From Campylobacterales bacterium (GTDB lineage Bacteria > Campylobacterota > Campylobacteria > Campylobacterales > QNZT01), in assembly GCA_027023405.1 (NCBI GenBank), contig JALVVN010000044.1, positions 102-64,101 of the forward strand: DNA of 64,000 nucleotides. Reading direction: 5' to 3'. How positions within the stretch are numbered: position 1 is the stretch's first letter; every line of letters begins with the position of its first letter. A model generated the notes under the pieces. The model was given only the letters and a program-made list of their open reading frames with translations, made no database searches and was not told the origin of the DNA. Of this stretch, positions 45,663 to 55,149 are shown piece after piece. A program made the translations under genes and the position numbers.

Positions 45663-47414
45663 ATGATAGGCAAAAATTCACTGAGTTTAGTTGATTATCT
45701 GTTTAAGAATAAAATCATCGATCAGCAGAAAGCAGAAGAGATTGAAGAGGAGTTTAATGAGAGTGGTGAGGATATCGGCTCACTACTTTTAAAACATAAA
45801 ATTGTCAATCATGACACATTAACACTGCTTTTGATTGAAGCTTTCAAGAGCGGTATCTTGCTTTTGGATGATATTTATAAAGATTTTAGTATCGATGTGG
45901 ATGAGTTTATCGCCAAGCTTTCTGTTGCAACCAATACACCGATGGTTGATCTTTATAGTGTTGAGGTGAACTATACTCTTGGTGCAAAGGCAGGGTATGA
46001 GCGATTGACAAAGCTTCATGTACTCCCTTATAAAGAGGATGATCTCAATATCTATATTGCGGCAAAAGATCCTTTTAATATTTCATTGATTGATCAGCTA
46101 CAGAGAATCTTTCGTAATAAATTGATCAAAGTGGAGATAGCAAATCCCGATCAGATCAATAAGCACTTACACAATATTGAAATTTCTGAGAGTGTGAAGG
46201 ATTTGATCGCTGAGATTCGTACCGAAGCCAAAACGGCGGAGGATGTGAATGAGGTCTCGGGTATTCTCAAGCTCATCGATCTGATTCTCAAAACATCGAT
46301 TATCGGTGGTGGATCGGATATTCATATCGAACCGACTGAAACAAGCTGTATCGTTCGTTGTAGGATTGACGGTATGCTTAAGGAGATTTTTGTCTTTGAT
46401 AAGGATATCTTTCCGCCGCTGAGTTCTCGTATGAAGCTGTTGGCAAATCTCGATATCGCAGAGAAGCGAAAGCCGCAAGATGGACGATTTTCCGCCAAAG
46501 TGATGGAGCGGGATTTCGACTTTCGTATTTCGACATTGCCGATTATGACGGGTGAGTCGATTGTACTGAGGATTTTGGATAAGTCGAAGATTATGATCAA
46601 GCTTGAAGATTTGGGTATGCATCCGGTAAACTATAAAAAGTTTCGCCAAGCTATGGATGCGCCCTATGGAATTATCTTTGTCACCGGACCGACAGGAAGT
46701 GGTAAGACGACGACGCTTTATGCCGGTTTGAATGCGATCAAGAGTGTGAAAACCAAGATGATCACCGTCGAAGATCCGGTGGAGTATCAGATGAATCTTA
46801 TTCAGCAGGTGCAGGTAAACAATAAAGCCAACCTCACTTTTGCTTCAGCTTTGCGTTCGATCTTGCGACAAGATCCCGATATCATCATGATTGGTGAGGT
46901 GCGGGATCGTGAGACGCTCCATATTGCGGTGGAAGCGTCATTGACAGGGCACTTGGTCTTTTCGACACTCCATACCAACGACGCGGTCAGTGCGATCACA
47001 CGGGTGGTCGATATGGGTGTCGAAGCCTATCTCATCTCAGGTGCTTTGGTTGCGGTACAGGCGCAACGGTTGATTCGAAAGCTCTGTCCTCACTGTAAGC
47101 AAAAGACATTTATCAATGATGAGGTCAAAAGAGATTTTGCCAAGTTTCTTCCGCCTGAGGGTGAGTATCAATTTTACAAACCTAAAGGATGCGATAAGTG
47201 TATGGATACCGGTTATGCAGGAAGAGAGATGGTATCAGAAGTGTTGATTGTGGATGACAATATTGCATCGATGATCGCTAGAGGTACCTCTAAAGAGGAG
47301 ATTTTGGAATATGCATTGGAAAATGGATTTGTAACAATGTTTGAAGATGCCGGTACAAGAGCACTTGCCGGAAAAACCTCAGTAGAAGAAGTATATAGGG
47401 TAGCAAAAACATGA
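45663..47414 (+). CDS. GspE/PilB-family secretion ATPase (MshE/CtsE-type)
   Basis: Walker A GPTGSGKTTT, Asp box, Walker B IMIGEVRD, His box TGHLVFSTLHTN, and a tetracysteine CPHC...CDKC motif. Confidence 0.92.
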   Translation: MIGKNSLSLVDYLFKNKIIDQQKAEEIEEEFNESGEDIGSLLLKHKIVNHDTLTLLLIEAFKSGILLLDDIYKDFSIDVDEFIAKLSVATNTPMVDLYSVEVNYTLGAKAGYERLTKLHVLPYKEDDLNIYIAAKDPFNISLIDQLQRIFRNKLIKVEIANPDQINKHLHNIEISESVKDLIAEIRTEAKTAEDVNEVSGILKLIDLILKTSIIGGGSDIHIEPTETSCIVRCRIDGMLKEIFVFDKDIFPPLSSRMKLLANLDIAEKRKPQDGRFSAKVMERDFDFRISTLPIMTGESIVLRILDKSKIMIKLEDLGMHPVNYKKFRQAMDAPYGIIFVTGPTGSGKTTTLYAGLNAIKSVKTKMITVEDPVEYQMNLIQQVQVNNKANLTFASALRSILRQDPDIIMIGEVRDRETLHIAVEASLTGHLVFSTLHTNDAVSAITRVVDMGVEAYLISGALVAVQAQRLIRKLCPHCKQKTFINDEVKRDFAKFLPPEGEYQFYKPKGCDKCMDTGYAGREMVSEVLIVDDNIASMIARGTSKEEILEYALENGFVTMFEDAGTRALAGKTSVEEVYRVAKT

Positions 47415-48658
47415 TAAACTATTTTGAAGTCAATTATATTGTCAAAGGGAAACGAGATAAGGTGCTCATTAAAGCCAAAAGCCGACGCGATGCGATTGCG
47501 ATTGCACAAGCAAAAATTGTCAATGGTACAATTCTCAAAGCGTATGAGGTAGCAGCACCGCTAGAGGATCGTTTTGAGGATTTTAAAGATAAGGTCTTTG
47601 GCGGGAAGAGTAAAAAAGTCAATACCATGAATCTCATCGCCGCAGTGCGACAGCTTGCCGTTATGACCAATGCCGGTATCTCGATCCACGATAGTATCAA
47701 AGAGGTTGGAAAGGCAACAGTCGATAAACAGCTAAAAGAGATCTTTGAGGATATCGATGAGGATCTCAATGCCGGTAAGAGTTTGACTGATGCCTTTATG
47801 AAGTATCGCTATCAATTCGGTGATGTTACGATTGCGATGATAGAACTTGGTGAGAGTACCGGTAATATGGCGGATGCACTGACCAAACTCGCCGATCTGC
47901 TCCAAGAGATGGAGGATAATGCCAACAAACTCAAAGCGGCTTTGAGATATCCCAAGATTGTGATGAGTGCGATTGCGATTGCCTTTACGATCTTGATGAT
48001 GTATGTTGTGCCTAAATTTAAAGAGATCTTTGAGAAATTGGGGGCAGATCTACCGATGCCAACGAAGATACTCCTCTTTTTGGAGCACGCGCTAAATACT
48101 TATGGTCTCTATATTTTGATAGGATTGATCTCTATCATAATGATTCACAAATATAAGTATAAATCAGATGAAAACTACAAGAGCTTTATGGATAAGCATA
48201 TCTTGAAGGTTTATCTTATCGGTAGTGTTATCTTCTACGCATCACTGAGTCGATTTATGCTGATCTTTACGGAGCTGGTGCGGGCAGGTATTCCCGTCGC
48301 TGAGGCGCTTGATACTTCGGTGATGACCATCGACAATGAAGAGCTCAAAGATAAGCTCTCTTTGGTAAAGCATGCAGTAGGTCGTGGTAGTAACTTGACC
48401 GAAGCCTTTGAGGATACGGGAATTTTTGAGGGGATGTTGATCCAGATGATCCGTGCGGGTGAGCAGGGTGGTGCGCTCGATCAGATGCTCGCGAAAGTGA
48501 CCGATTACTATCGTGAGAAGTTTAACTATTTGATTGAGAATATGTCCGCCTATATTGAGCCGATCATGATCGGTTTTATTGCCGGTATGGTCTTGATGTT
48601 GGCTTTGGGTATCTTCTTGCCTATGTGGGATATGGGACAAGCGGTCAAGGGAGGGTGA
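47411..48658 (+). CDS. GspF/PilC-family inner-membrane platform protein (MshG/CtsF-type)
   Basis: 415 aa with the duplicated T2SSF domain architecture and 3 TM segments. 4-nt overlap with the ATPase gene. Confidence 0.9.
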   Translation: MINYFEVNYIVKGKRDKVLIKAKSRRDAIAIAQAKIVNGTILKAYEVAAPLEDRFEDFKDKVFGGKSKKVNTMNLIAAVRQLAVMTNAGISIHDSIKEVGKATVDKQLKEIFEDIDEDLNAGKSLTDAFMKYRYQFGDVTIAMIELGESTGNMADALTKLADLLQEMEDNANKLKAALRYPKIVMSAIAIAFTILMMYVVPKFKEIFEKLGADLPMPTKILLFLEHALNTYGLYILIGLISIIMIHKYKYKSDENYKSFMDKHILKVYLIGSVIFYASLSRFMLIFTELVRAGIPVAEALDTSVMTIDNEELKDKLSLVKHAVGRGSNLTEAFEDTGIFEGMLIQMIRAGEQGGALDQMLAKVTDYYREKFNYLIENMSAYIEPIMIGFIAGMVLMLALGIFLPMWDMGQAVKGG

Positions 48659-50684
48659 TCATCCCCGCCTCCTCCAAAAAGGGTGACGGTATATAGTCAA
48701 TCTTTTTGAGTTTATCATACTTTGCAAAGGAGAGATAGAGTCGCTCTTTAGCTCTTGTGACGGCGACATAGAAGAGTCGTCGCTCCTCTGCTAATCCATC
48801 TTCGACACCGTTTTTGCTCATCAGTTTCCGATTGGGGAAGCGCCCATCCATCAGATCGACCACATAGACCTCTCGAAATTCCAGTCCTTTACTGGCATGG
48901 ATCGAGAGGAGGTTGACTCCTTCGCCCTCGCTCATCTCCGATCCGCCAAGTGTGAGTGCGTTGAGAAAGCGGTGTTTGTCTTGATAGTTTTTGGCTAAGT
49001 GCTCCAGTAGTGAGGCGCGTGTTTGGATCTTTTGAAGTGCTTCCTCTTTTTGTCCTTCATGAATAGAACCGTCTCGTTGTGTTGCGCGTTTGGTAGCGAG
49101 TTGTTGCGCGATGAGTTGAAAGTTTGGGGATTGAATTGCATTTTTGATAACACTTCGAGGCATTTTGAGATGACGGTTATCTTTGACAAAGTGGTAGAAG
49201 TGGTGCAAAAAAGCCATAAGTTCGCTGTTGATTTTACTGTTTTTGAGTACGGGATTTTTCAAAAAATTTTCATTATAGCCCTGTTTTTTATATTTTGAGA
49301 GGTTCTGTTCATCATAAAACTCATCAAAGAGTCCCATTTGGTGGTTGACGACTCCTTTTTTATAGGGGTTCTTTTTATCTTTGGGGTGTAAAAGCCCTTG
49401 GATGATATCTCCCTCTCCCACTTTATAGAGTGCATCAAAGAGCTCTTTTGCAAAGACACTTCCCACTCCCTTGACATGTTCAAAGAGATGAATAAAGCCC
49501 ATCATATCTTTGGGGTTGAGCATGATACTAAAGAGATTGAGCAGTGCTTTTATCTCTTGGGAATCGAAAAAACTTGTACCCCCTTTACGCCTACAAGGGA
49601 TGCCCAATTCTCTTAGATTGGCTTCGACACCATCGGCAGAAGCGTTGTTGCGAAAGATGATGGCGATCTCCTCTTTGGGTGTGGAAGATGCTTGGATGAG
49701 TTGTGCGATCTGCTCATACTGCTCAAAGAGCTCGTCAAAGATCAAGAGTTTGGGTGGTGGAAAATCCCCCTCTTTTGTCACTTCCAACTGTTTGGGGTAG
49801 AGTCGCTCATTTTTGGAGATGACACGATTGGCGAGGGAGAGAATAGAACCGGATGATCGGTAGTTTTTGGTGAGGGTATAGATATTTGCCCCCTCGTAAC
49901 GCTCATCAAAGGATCCGATGATGGAGATCTCCGCACCGTTAAAACCGTAAATACTCTGATCGTAATCCCCTACACAAAAGAGTGACTCACTTCCAAAGGC
50001 ATCAATGAGGGAGTTTTGAAGGAGGTTGGTGTCTTGATACTCATCGACCAAAAGCTCTTTGAAGGGTTGTGGGTGTTCAAGGAGGTAGTCGCGAAATTGG
50101 ATCAGAAGATCGTTAAAATCGACATACCCGAAACGCTTTTTGAGATCAATAAATTCATCAAAGATGTGGGCATAGATATCGCAATAGGGTTCATGATCAG
50201 GATAGTGCTCCGCCATCCAAACGGCAAAACTATCTTGTGAGGCTTTATTTTGATAGAGGGAGTAGATATCGTAGAGGTAGGAGGCGGTGTAGGGTTTGAC
50301 GGTATGATCGATATGTGTAAAGTTTCGTTTCTCGACGATACTGCGCAAAAGAATTTTCAAATCTTTGGGTTGTTTGAGAACAATCTCAAAACCTGCCTTT
50401 TTGAGAAGTCGATAGCTCACTGCATGAAAAGTACCCGACTCTATCTTTTTGACGACACTTTTGTCAAAGTAGCGTCCGACGCGCTCAATCATCTCACTCG
50501 AAGCTTTGTTGGTAAAGGTGAGGAGCAAAATCTCTTCGGGCTTGATTCCGCTTTGGAGCAGATGTGCGATACGAGCGACTATGGTGGATGTCTTACCCGT
50601 GCCGGCACTTGCAATTACCAAATTTTTGCCAAAGGGAGCTGTAGCAGCGGAGAGCTGCTCGCTATTGAGTGAGCTAAGGGGCAT
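48645..50684 (-). CDS. UvrD/Rep/PcrA-family ATP-dependent DNA helicase
   Basis: Walker A ASAGTGKTST, DEYQDTN, and the later SF1 motifs SIHASKGLEF and FYVAVTRAK. Confidence 0.9.
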   Translation of the reverse strand: MPLSSLNSEQLSAATAPFGKNLVIASAGTGKTSTIVARIAHLLQSGIKPEEILLLTFTNKASSEMIERVGRYFDKSVVKKIESGTFHAVSYRLLKKAGFEIVLKQPKDLKILLRSIVEKRNFTHIDHTVKPYTASYLYDIYSLYQNKASQDSFAVWMAEHYPDHEPYCDIYAHIFDEFIDLKKRFGYVDFNDLLIQFRDYLLEHPQPFKELLVDEYQDTNLLQNSLIDAFGSESLFCVGDYDQSIYGFNGAEISIIGSFDERYEGANIYTLTKNYRSSGSILSLANRVISKNERLYPKQLEVTKEGDFPPPKLLIFDELFEQYEQIAQLIQASSTPKEEIAIIFRNNASADGVEANLRELGIPCRRKGGTSFFDSQEIKALLNLFSIMLNPKDMMGFIHLFEHVKGVGSVFAKELFDALYKVGEGDIIQGLLHPKDKKNPYKKGVVNHQMGLFDEFYDEQNLSKYKKQGYNENFLKNPVLKNSKINSELMAFLHHFYHFVKDNRHLKMPRSVIKNAIQSPNFQLIAQQLATKRATQRDGSIHEGQKEEALQKIQTRASLLEHLAKNYQDKHRFLNALTLGGSEMSEGEGVNLLSIHASKGLEFREVYVVDLMDGRFPNRKLMSKNGVEDGLAEERRLFYVAVTRAKERLYLSFAKYDKLKKIDYIPSPFLEEAGMITLP

Positions 50685-50687
50685 GGA

Positions 50688-52163
50688 TTAGCTTTGGATA
50701 AAGTTTAAGACAGTTTGTTGAATCTTCTCTTTCTCAATCACTTCATCTTGTACAATCTCTTTTTCGAAGAGTTGCGCAATCTGAGGGGAGAGTGTAAGTC
50801 CCAATTTCTCTTGGAGGAGGGCGATCGCTTCAGCGTCGCTGCGCTTTATCTCATCATTCATAACGGCATTTGCCATTGTGGGGGCAAATTTCGTCCACTC
50901 TGCTGTTGAACAGATGACGGTTTTGAGCGGTTTTTCATTGAGTGTGCCGTAGGCTTTGATACAAGTTGCGGTGTGCGGATCCATGATATATCCCTCTTTG
51001 GCAAAGTTTCGAATTGTCTCCTTTGCAAAGGCATCATCACTATCGGCAGCGCTAAAATAGGTTTGTAGGATGGCTAACTCCTCCTGGGTGAGTTGGTAGT
51101 AGTGTTGGGTGTTGAGATCCTCCATGAGCTCTTTGGTTCTCTTGGCTCCAAAGAGATCAAAGAGGATGCGTTCGACATTGGAGGATTTGAGGATATCCAT
51201 TGCAGGGGAGAGGGTGTTGATGAGCTTTTTGTCTCGTAGGTCATAACGCCCCTCATTGATGAGCTCTTTGAGCACATTGTTGGCATTGGAGGTGATGAGA
51301 ATCTTTTCAATAGGCAGTCCCATTTTTTGGGCATAATAGGCACCTAAGGCATTACCGAAGTTTCCGCTTGGTACGGTGATATAGATCTTCTCACCCTTTT
51401 GGATCTCTCCCTGCGCCAATAGCGTGCTATAGGCTTTGATATGGTAAATGATCTGAAAAATAATTCGACCGAAATTGACGGAGTTGGCGGCGGAGAGTTT
51501 GGTGTGGCTCTTTTGGAGTGTCTCTTTGAAATCCTCAGAAGCCAAGAGTGTTTTGAGTGCGTTTTGCGCATCGTCAAAGTTTCCTTTGATACCGATCACT
51601 TTGAGGTTTTTGGCACTCTCCGTGACCATTTGAAGGCGTTGCACATCGCTCGTACCGCCATCCGGATAGAGGCAGGCGACCTTGATGTGAGACTGATCTT
51701 TAAAAGTTTCGAGTGTGGCGGGTCCCGTATCTCCGCTGGTTGCGGCGAGGATCAGGTAGTGTTCATCACGCTTTTTGGCAAGATGTGAGAGGATAAAGCC
51801 GAATGGTTGAAGCGCCATATCTTTAAAGGCGCGGGTGGGACCGTGATAGAGTTCATTGACAAAGAGATCGGGTTTGATTTTGACAAGCGGTACGGGATTG
51901 GCTGGATCATCAAACGCATCGTAGCGCTTGAGCGCCTCATCAATTACCGCCTCTTCGATATCAATCTCATAGGCTTGCAACACTTTTTTGGCTAATGCTT
52001 TGTAGCTCAGCGTAGGATCTAAAAAGGAGGGATCGAGTGTCGGGAACGATTCGGGCACATAGAGTCCTCCAAAACTCGCACTCGGACTCAATATCGCCTC
52101 TGAAAAGGTGATACGCTCTTTAAAACCTGCTTCATTTCCTCTTGTCTCTATAAAATTCATCAT
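50688..52163 (-). CDS. thrC: threonine synthase
   Basis: 491 aa long-form ThrC. PLP-lysine motif GPTRAFKDMALQ and ATSGDTG. Confidence 0.9.
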   Translation of the reverse strand: MMNFIETRGNEAGFKERITFSEAILSPSASFGGLYVPESFPTLDPSFLDPTLSYKALAKKVLQAYEIDIEEAVIDEALKRYDAFDDPANPVPLVKIKPDLFVNELYHGPTRAFKDMALQPFGFILSHLAKKRDEHYLILAATSGDTGPATLETFKDQSHIKVACLYPDGGTSDVQRLQMVTESAKNLKVIGIKGNFDDAQNALKTLLASEDFKETLQKSHTKLSAANSVNFGRIIFQIIYHIKAYSTLLAQGEIQKGEKIYITVPSGNFGNALGAYYAQKMGLPIEKILITSNANNVLKELINEGRYDLRDKKLINTLSPAMDILKSSNVERILFDLFGAKRTKELMEDLNTQHYYQLTQEELAILQTYFSAADSDDAFAKETIRNFAKEGYIMDPHTATCIKAYGTLNEKPLKTVICSTAEWTKFAPTMANAVMNDEIKRSDAEAIALLQEKLGLTLSPQIAQLFEKEIVQDEVIEKEKIQQTVLNFIQS

Positions 52164-52172
52164 TTCCTTTGC

Positions 52173-53024
52173 CTATTGTTTGATTACCGTACCGATACCC
52201 TCGCTCGTAAAGAGTTCAAGTAGCAGTGAATGCTCAACGCGACCATCGATAATATGCGCCTTTTTGACACCTTGTCGAATGGTTTGCAGACACGCTTCAA
52301 CCTTGGGGAGCATACCGCCTGATATGACACCCGATTGGATCAATTCAGAGATCCGCTCTTCGTGGAGCGTAGAAAAGAGCGCCCCATCTTGATCCAAGAC
52401 TCCCTGTGTATCGGTTAAAAAGACGATCTTCTCCGCACCCAGTGCAATGGCGATTTGACTAGCACAAAGATCGGCGTTGATATTATATCCCGGATCGCCG
52501 AGTTCATTACCTGCGGCGATTGGTGCAATGACGGGGATAAAATTATCCTCCATTAGTCGTTGCAATACTTTTGCATCGACAGAAGTAATCTTTCCGGTGA
52601 GTCCAAACTGCTTCTCATCTTTGGCTTTGGCTCGGATAAAGGAGGCATCTTTGCCACTGATCCCGATCGCTTTGACACCGTTGTGATTGAGAAGTGCAGT
52701 GATCTCTTTGTTGATACTCCCGCTCAAGACCATCTCGACCACTTCCATATTCTCTTTACTTGTCACTCGCTGACCGTCAACAAACTCTGTTTCGATATTG
52801 AGTTGATCGAGGAGCATATTGATCTTCTTCCCGCCACCGTGGACGATGACGACCCGTATGCCTACAAGGTGCATCAGTGCGATATCGGTTGCAAACTTCT
52901 TTTTAAGCGCCTCTTCTGTTTGTGCTGCGCCGCCATACTTGATGACAATCGTCTTTTCGTTGAACTGACGAATATAGGGAAACGCATCAATCAGTGTTTT
53001 GACGACTTGGATCTTTTCTTGCAT
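52173..53024 (-). CDS. argB: acetylglutamate kinase
   Basis: VIKYGGAA, VVIVHGGG and the rest of the amino-acid kinase fold. 283 aa. Confidence 0.93.
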   Translation of the reverse strand: MQEKIQVVKTLIDAFPYIRQFNEKTIVIKYGGAAQTEEALKKKFATDIALMHLVGIRVVIVHGGGKKINMLLDQLNIETEFVDGQRVTSKENMEVVEMVLSGSINKEITALLNHNGVKAIGISGKDASFIRAKAKDEKQFGLTGKITSVDAKVLQRLMEDNFIPVIAPIAAGNELGDPGYNINADLCASQIAIALGAEKIVFLTDTQGVLDQDGALFSTLHEERISELIQSGVISGGMLPKVEACLQTIRQGVKKAHIIDGRVEHSLLLELFTSEGIGTVIKQ

Positions 53025-53054
53025 AACTTGCCTTATTAGAGGTACTCTTTTTTG

Positions 53055-53987
53055 TTAGGCGATTTTAGCAAAATCTTCTAAAAAACTCTCTATGATCGAT
53101 CGCTTTTTGGGATCTATTTGGAGTGAAAGTGCGATGATGGTGATCTCAAAGCCCAAAGGTTGAAGTTTGACACCATCTTTGGCGGTCGTCAAAATCGTAT
53201 CGGCATCGTGCTTGTCAAGGAGTGCTTGAATCTGCCTGGGATCAAAGGGGGCGTGATCGGGAAAGAGGTAGTGTGGAATATCTTTCGGTAGATAAGGGAG
53301 GAGGCGCTGGGGTTTGGAGATGGCGGTGAGAAAGATCGCCTTTTTGTCGGCAAGATCAGGGAGTGTGACAAGGCGTTGAAAATCGATCCCCTCTTTCAGG
53401 AGTAGATTGCACTGTTTATATGCTCTGGGAGATTCTCGATAGGGACCACTCGGCAAGCAAAAGGGTTGAATATGCGCAAGATCAGGCTTGATGAGGATAT
53501 CAAATTTTTTGATCCCCTTTTTGGAGAAGGCATCATCCAAAAAGATCGTCTCGATACCTATCTCTTTGGCTTTTTGGATGGCGATCTTGCGATCTTCGCT
53601 GACGATCACCGTAGCTTTTGGGAGTGATTGCGCCAAGAGCATTGCTTCATCCCCGCTTTGGGTGACATCGGTGAGAATTTTGCCGTGACGGCTGACGACG
53701 ACAAGCCCCTGAGAGCTTCTGCCGTATCCTCTAAGGATCACGGCACAATTTTTTCTCTCTTTGGCTAGTTCGATCGTTAAGGGTGTTTTGCCGCTTCCTC
53801 CGACGATGAGATTGCCGATACTGATGATAGGAAGTCCGAAATCTTCAGGTCGTGTAAAGTGCTGTTTGAGTTTGGTGATAGTACAGTAGAGAGCTGTAAG
53901 CGGGAGCAGGGCATAGGAGAGAAGTTTTTGAGTGGAGGAGGGCGCAAAGAGGTAGCGCTCCACCCAAAAATAGAGTCGCTCTCTCAT
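53055..53987 (-). CDS. lpxK: tetraacyldisaccharide 4'-kinase
   Basis: P-loop GNLIVGGSGKTP. 310 aa. Confidence 0.88.
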   Translation of the reverse strand: MRERLYFWVERYLFAPSSTQKLLSYALLPLTALYCTITKLKQHFTRPEDFGLPIISIGNLIVGGSGKTPLTIELAKERKNCAVILRGYGRSSQGLVVVSRHGKILTDVTQSGDEAMLLAQSLPKATVIVSEDRKIAIQKAKEIGIETIFLDDAFSKKGIKKFDILIKPDLAHIQPFCLPSGPYRESPRAYKQCNLLLKEGIDFQRLVTLPDLADKKAIFLTAISKPQRLLPYLPKDIPHYLFPDHAPFDPRQIQALLDKHDADTILTTAKDGVKLQPLGFEITIIALSLQIDPKKRSIIESFLEDFAKIA

Positions 53988-53991
53988 TGGT

Positions 53992-55125
53992 TTAGACGCG
54001 ATTTTTTGCCGTCTCTTTGATCATATCGCAGACATATTTAACATCGTCATTGCTCATACCCGCATAGCATGGGATCGAGAGGATCTGCTGAAAATTGGTC
54101 AGTGCGATCGGAAAGTCATTGACGCGAAGCGAATACTTTTGTTTGTAGTAGCTAAGCAGATGAAGCGGTACATAATGGAGTGCGGTATAGACCCCTTTTT
54201 CTCGAAGTTCTCTGGCAAAATCATCTCTGTTTTTGTCGATCTTAATGATGTATTGACTAAAGATATGTTCGTCATTGACTTGTGGAAGCGAGACATGTGG
54301 AACATTGGCTAACTCTTTTTGGTAGATGGATGCGATCTCTCTTCGTCGGGCGATAAATTGATCCGCTTTTTGGAGCTGTGCAATCGAGAAGGCGGCTTCG
54401 AGTTCACTGGTGTCATACTTGATACCGATATCGGTGACATCGTAGACATAGCCGAGATTGCCATATTTGTCCCACTCTTTGGCGACGATGGCGTGGTGTC
54501 GGATCAGTTTGGCTCTCTCATAGATCGCTTCATCGTCGGTGGCGATCATTCCTGTGTTGCAGATGGCATGTCGGGTTTGGGATGAGAATGAGAAGGTAGA
54601 GATATCGCCTTGGGAGCCGATCTTTTTCCCCTTGTAAGTAGCACCCAGTGCATTGGAAGCATCTTCGATGACTTTGATCTTATTCTCTTCGGCGATCTTG
54701 TAAATCTCATCAAGATCAGCGCTTTGACCCGCGATATGAGAGACGATGACCGCTTTGAGTTTTTTGTGCTTGTGTTTGACGAGTGCCTCTTTGAGTTTAT
54801 CGGTAGAGATATTGAAGGTATCGGGATCGATATCGACAAAGATCGGCTCGGCATCAAAGTGTCGGACACTTTCAGCAACAGTAGGAAAAGCGTTGACGGA
54901 GCAGAGGATCTTGTCGCCTCGTTTGAGCTCCATCGCAAAGAGACTCAGGTGCAGCGCAGCGCTCCAGCTCGATGTAGAGACAGCATATTTACAGCCGATA
55001 TACTCACTAAAAAGATCTTCAAGCTCCTCAATTTTCGATGCACCTTTGAGGCTCAAGACCTCTTCAACGATGGTTCTTTCACTATTGTCGATGGACGGTA
55101 GATAAAACGGTATCTCTTTTTTCAT
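53992..55125 (-). CDS. DegT/DnrJ/EryC1/StrS-family sugar aminotransferase/dehydratase-like protein (non-canonical active site)
   Basis: 377 aa with fold-type I AAT motifs (EDASNALGATY, FSFS...). The position of the PLP lysine is occupied by Thr (see findings). Confidence 0.75.
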   Translation of the reverse strand: MKKEIPFYLPSIDNSERTIVEEVLSLKGASKIEELEDLFSEYIGCKYAVSTSSWSAALHLSLFAMELKRGDKILCSVNAFPTVAESVRHFDAEPIFVDIDPDTFNISTDKLKEALVKHKHKKLKAVIVSHIAGQSADLDEIYKIAEENKIKVIEDASNALGATYKGKKIGSQGDISTFSFSSQTRHAICNTGMIATDDEAIYERAKLIRHHAIVAKEWDKYGNLGYVYDVTDIGIKYDTSELEAAFSIAQLQKADQFIARRREIASIYQKELANVPHVSLPQVNDEHIFSQYIIKIDKNRDDFARELREKGVYTALHYVPLHLLSYYKQKYSLRVNDFPIALTNFQQILSIPCYAGMSNDDVKYVCDMIKETAKNRV

Positions 55126-55149
55126 ATGGTTACTTTCCTTTTTTCTAAT

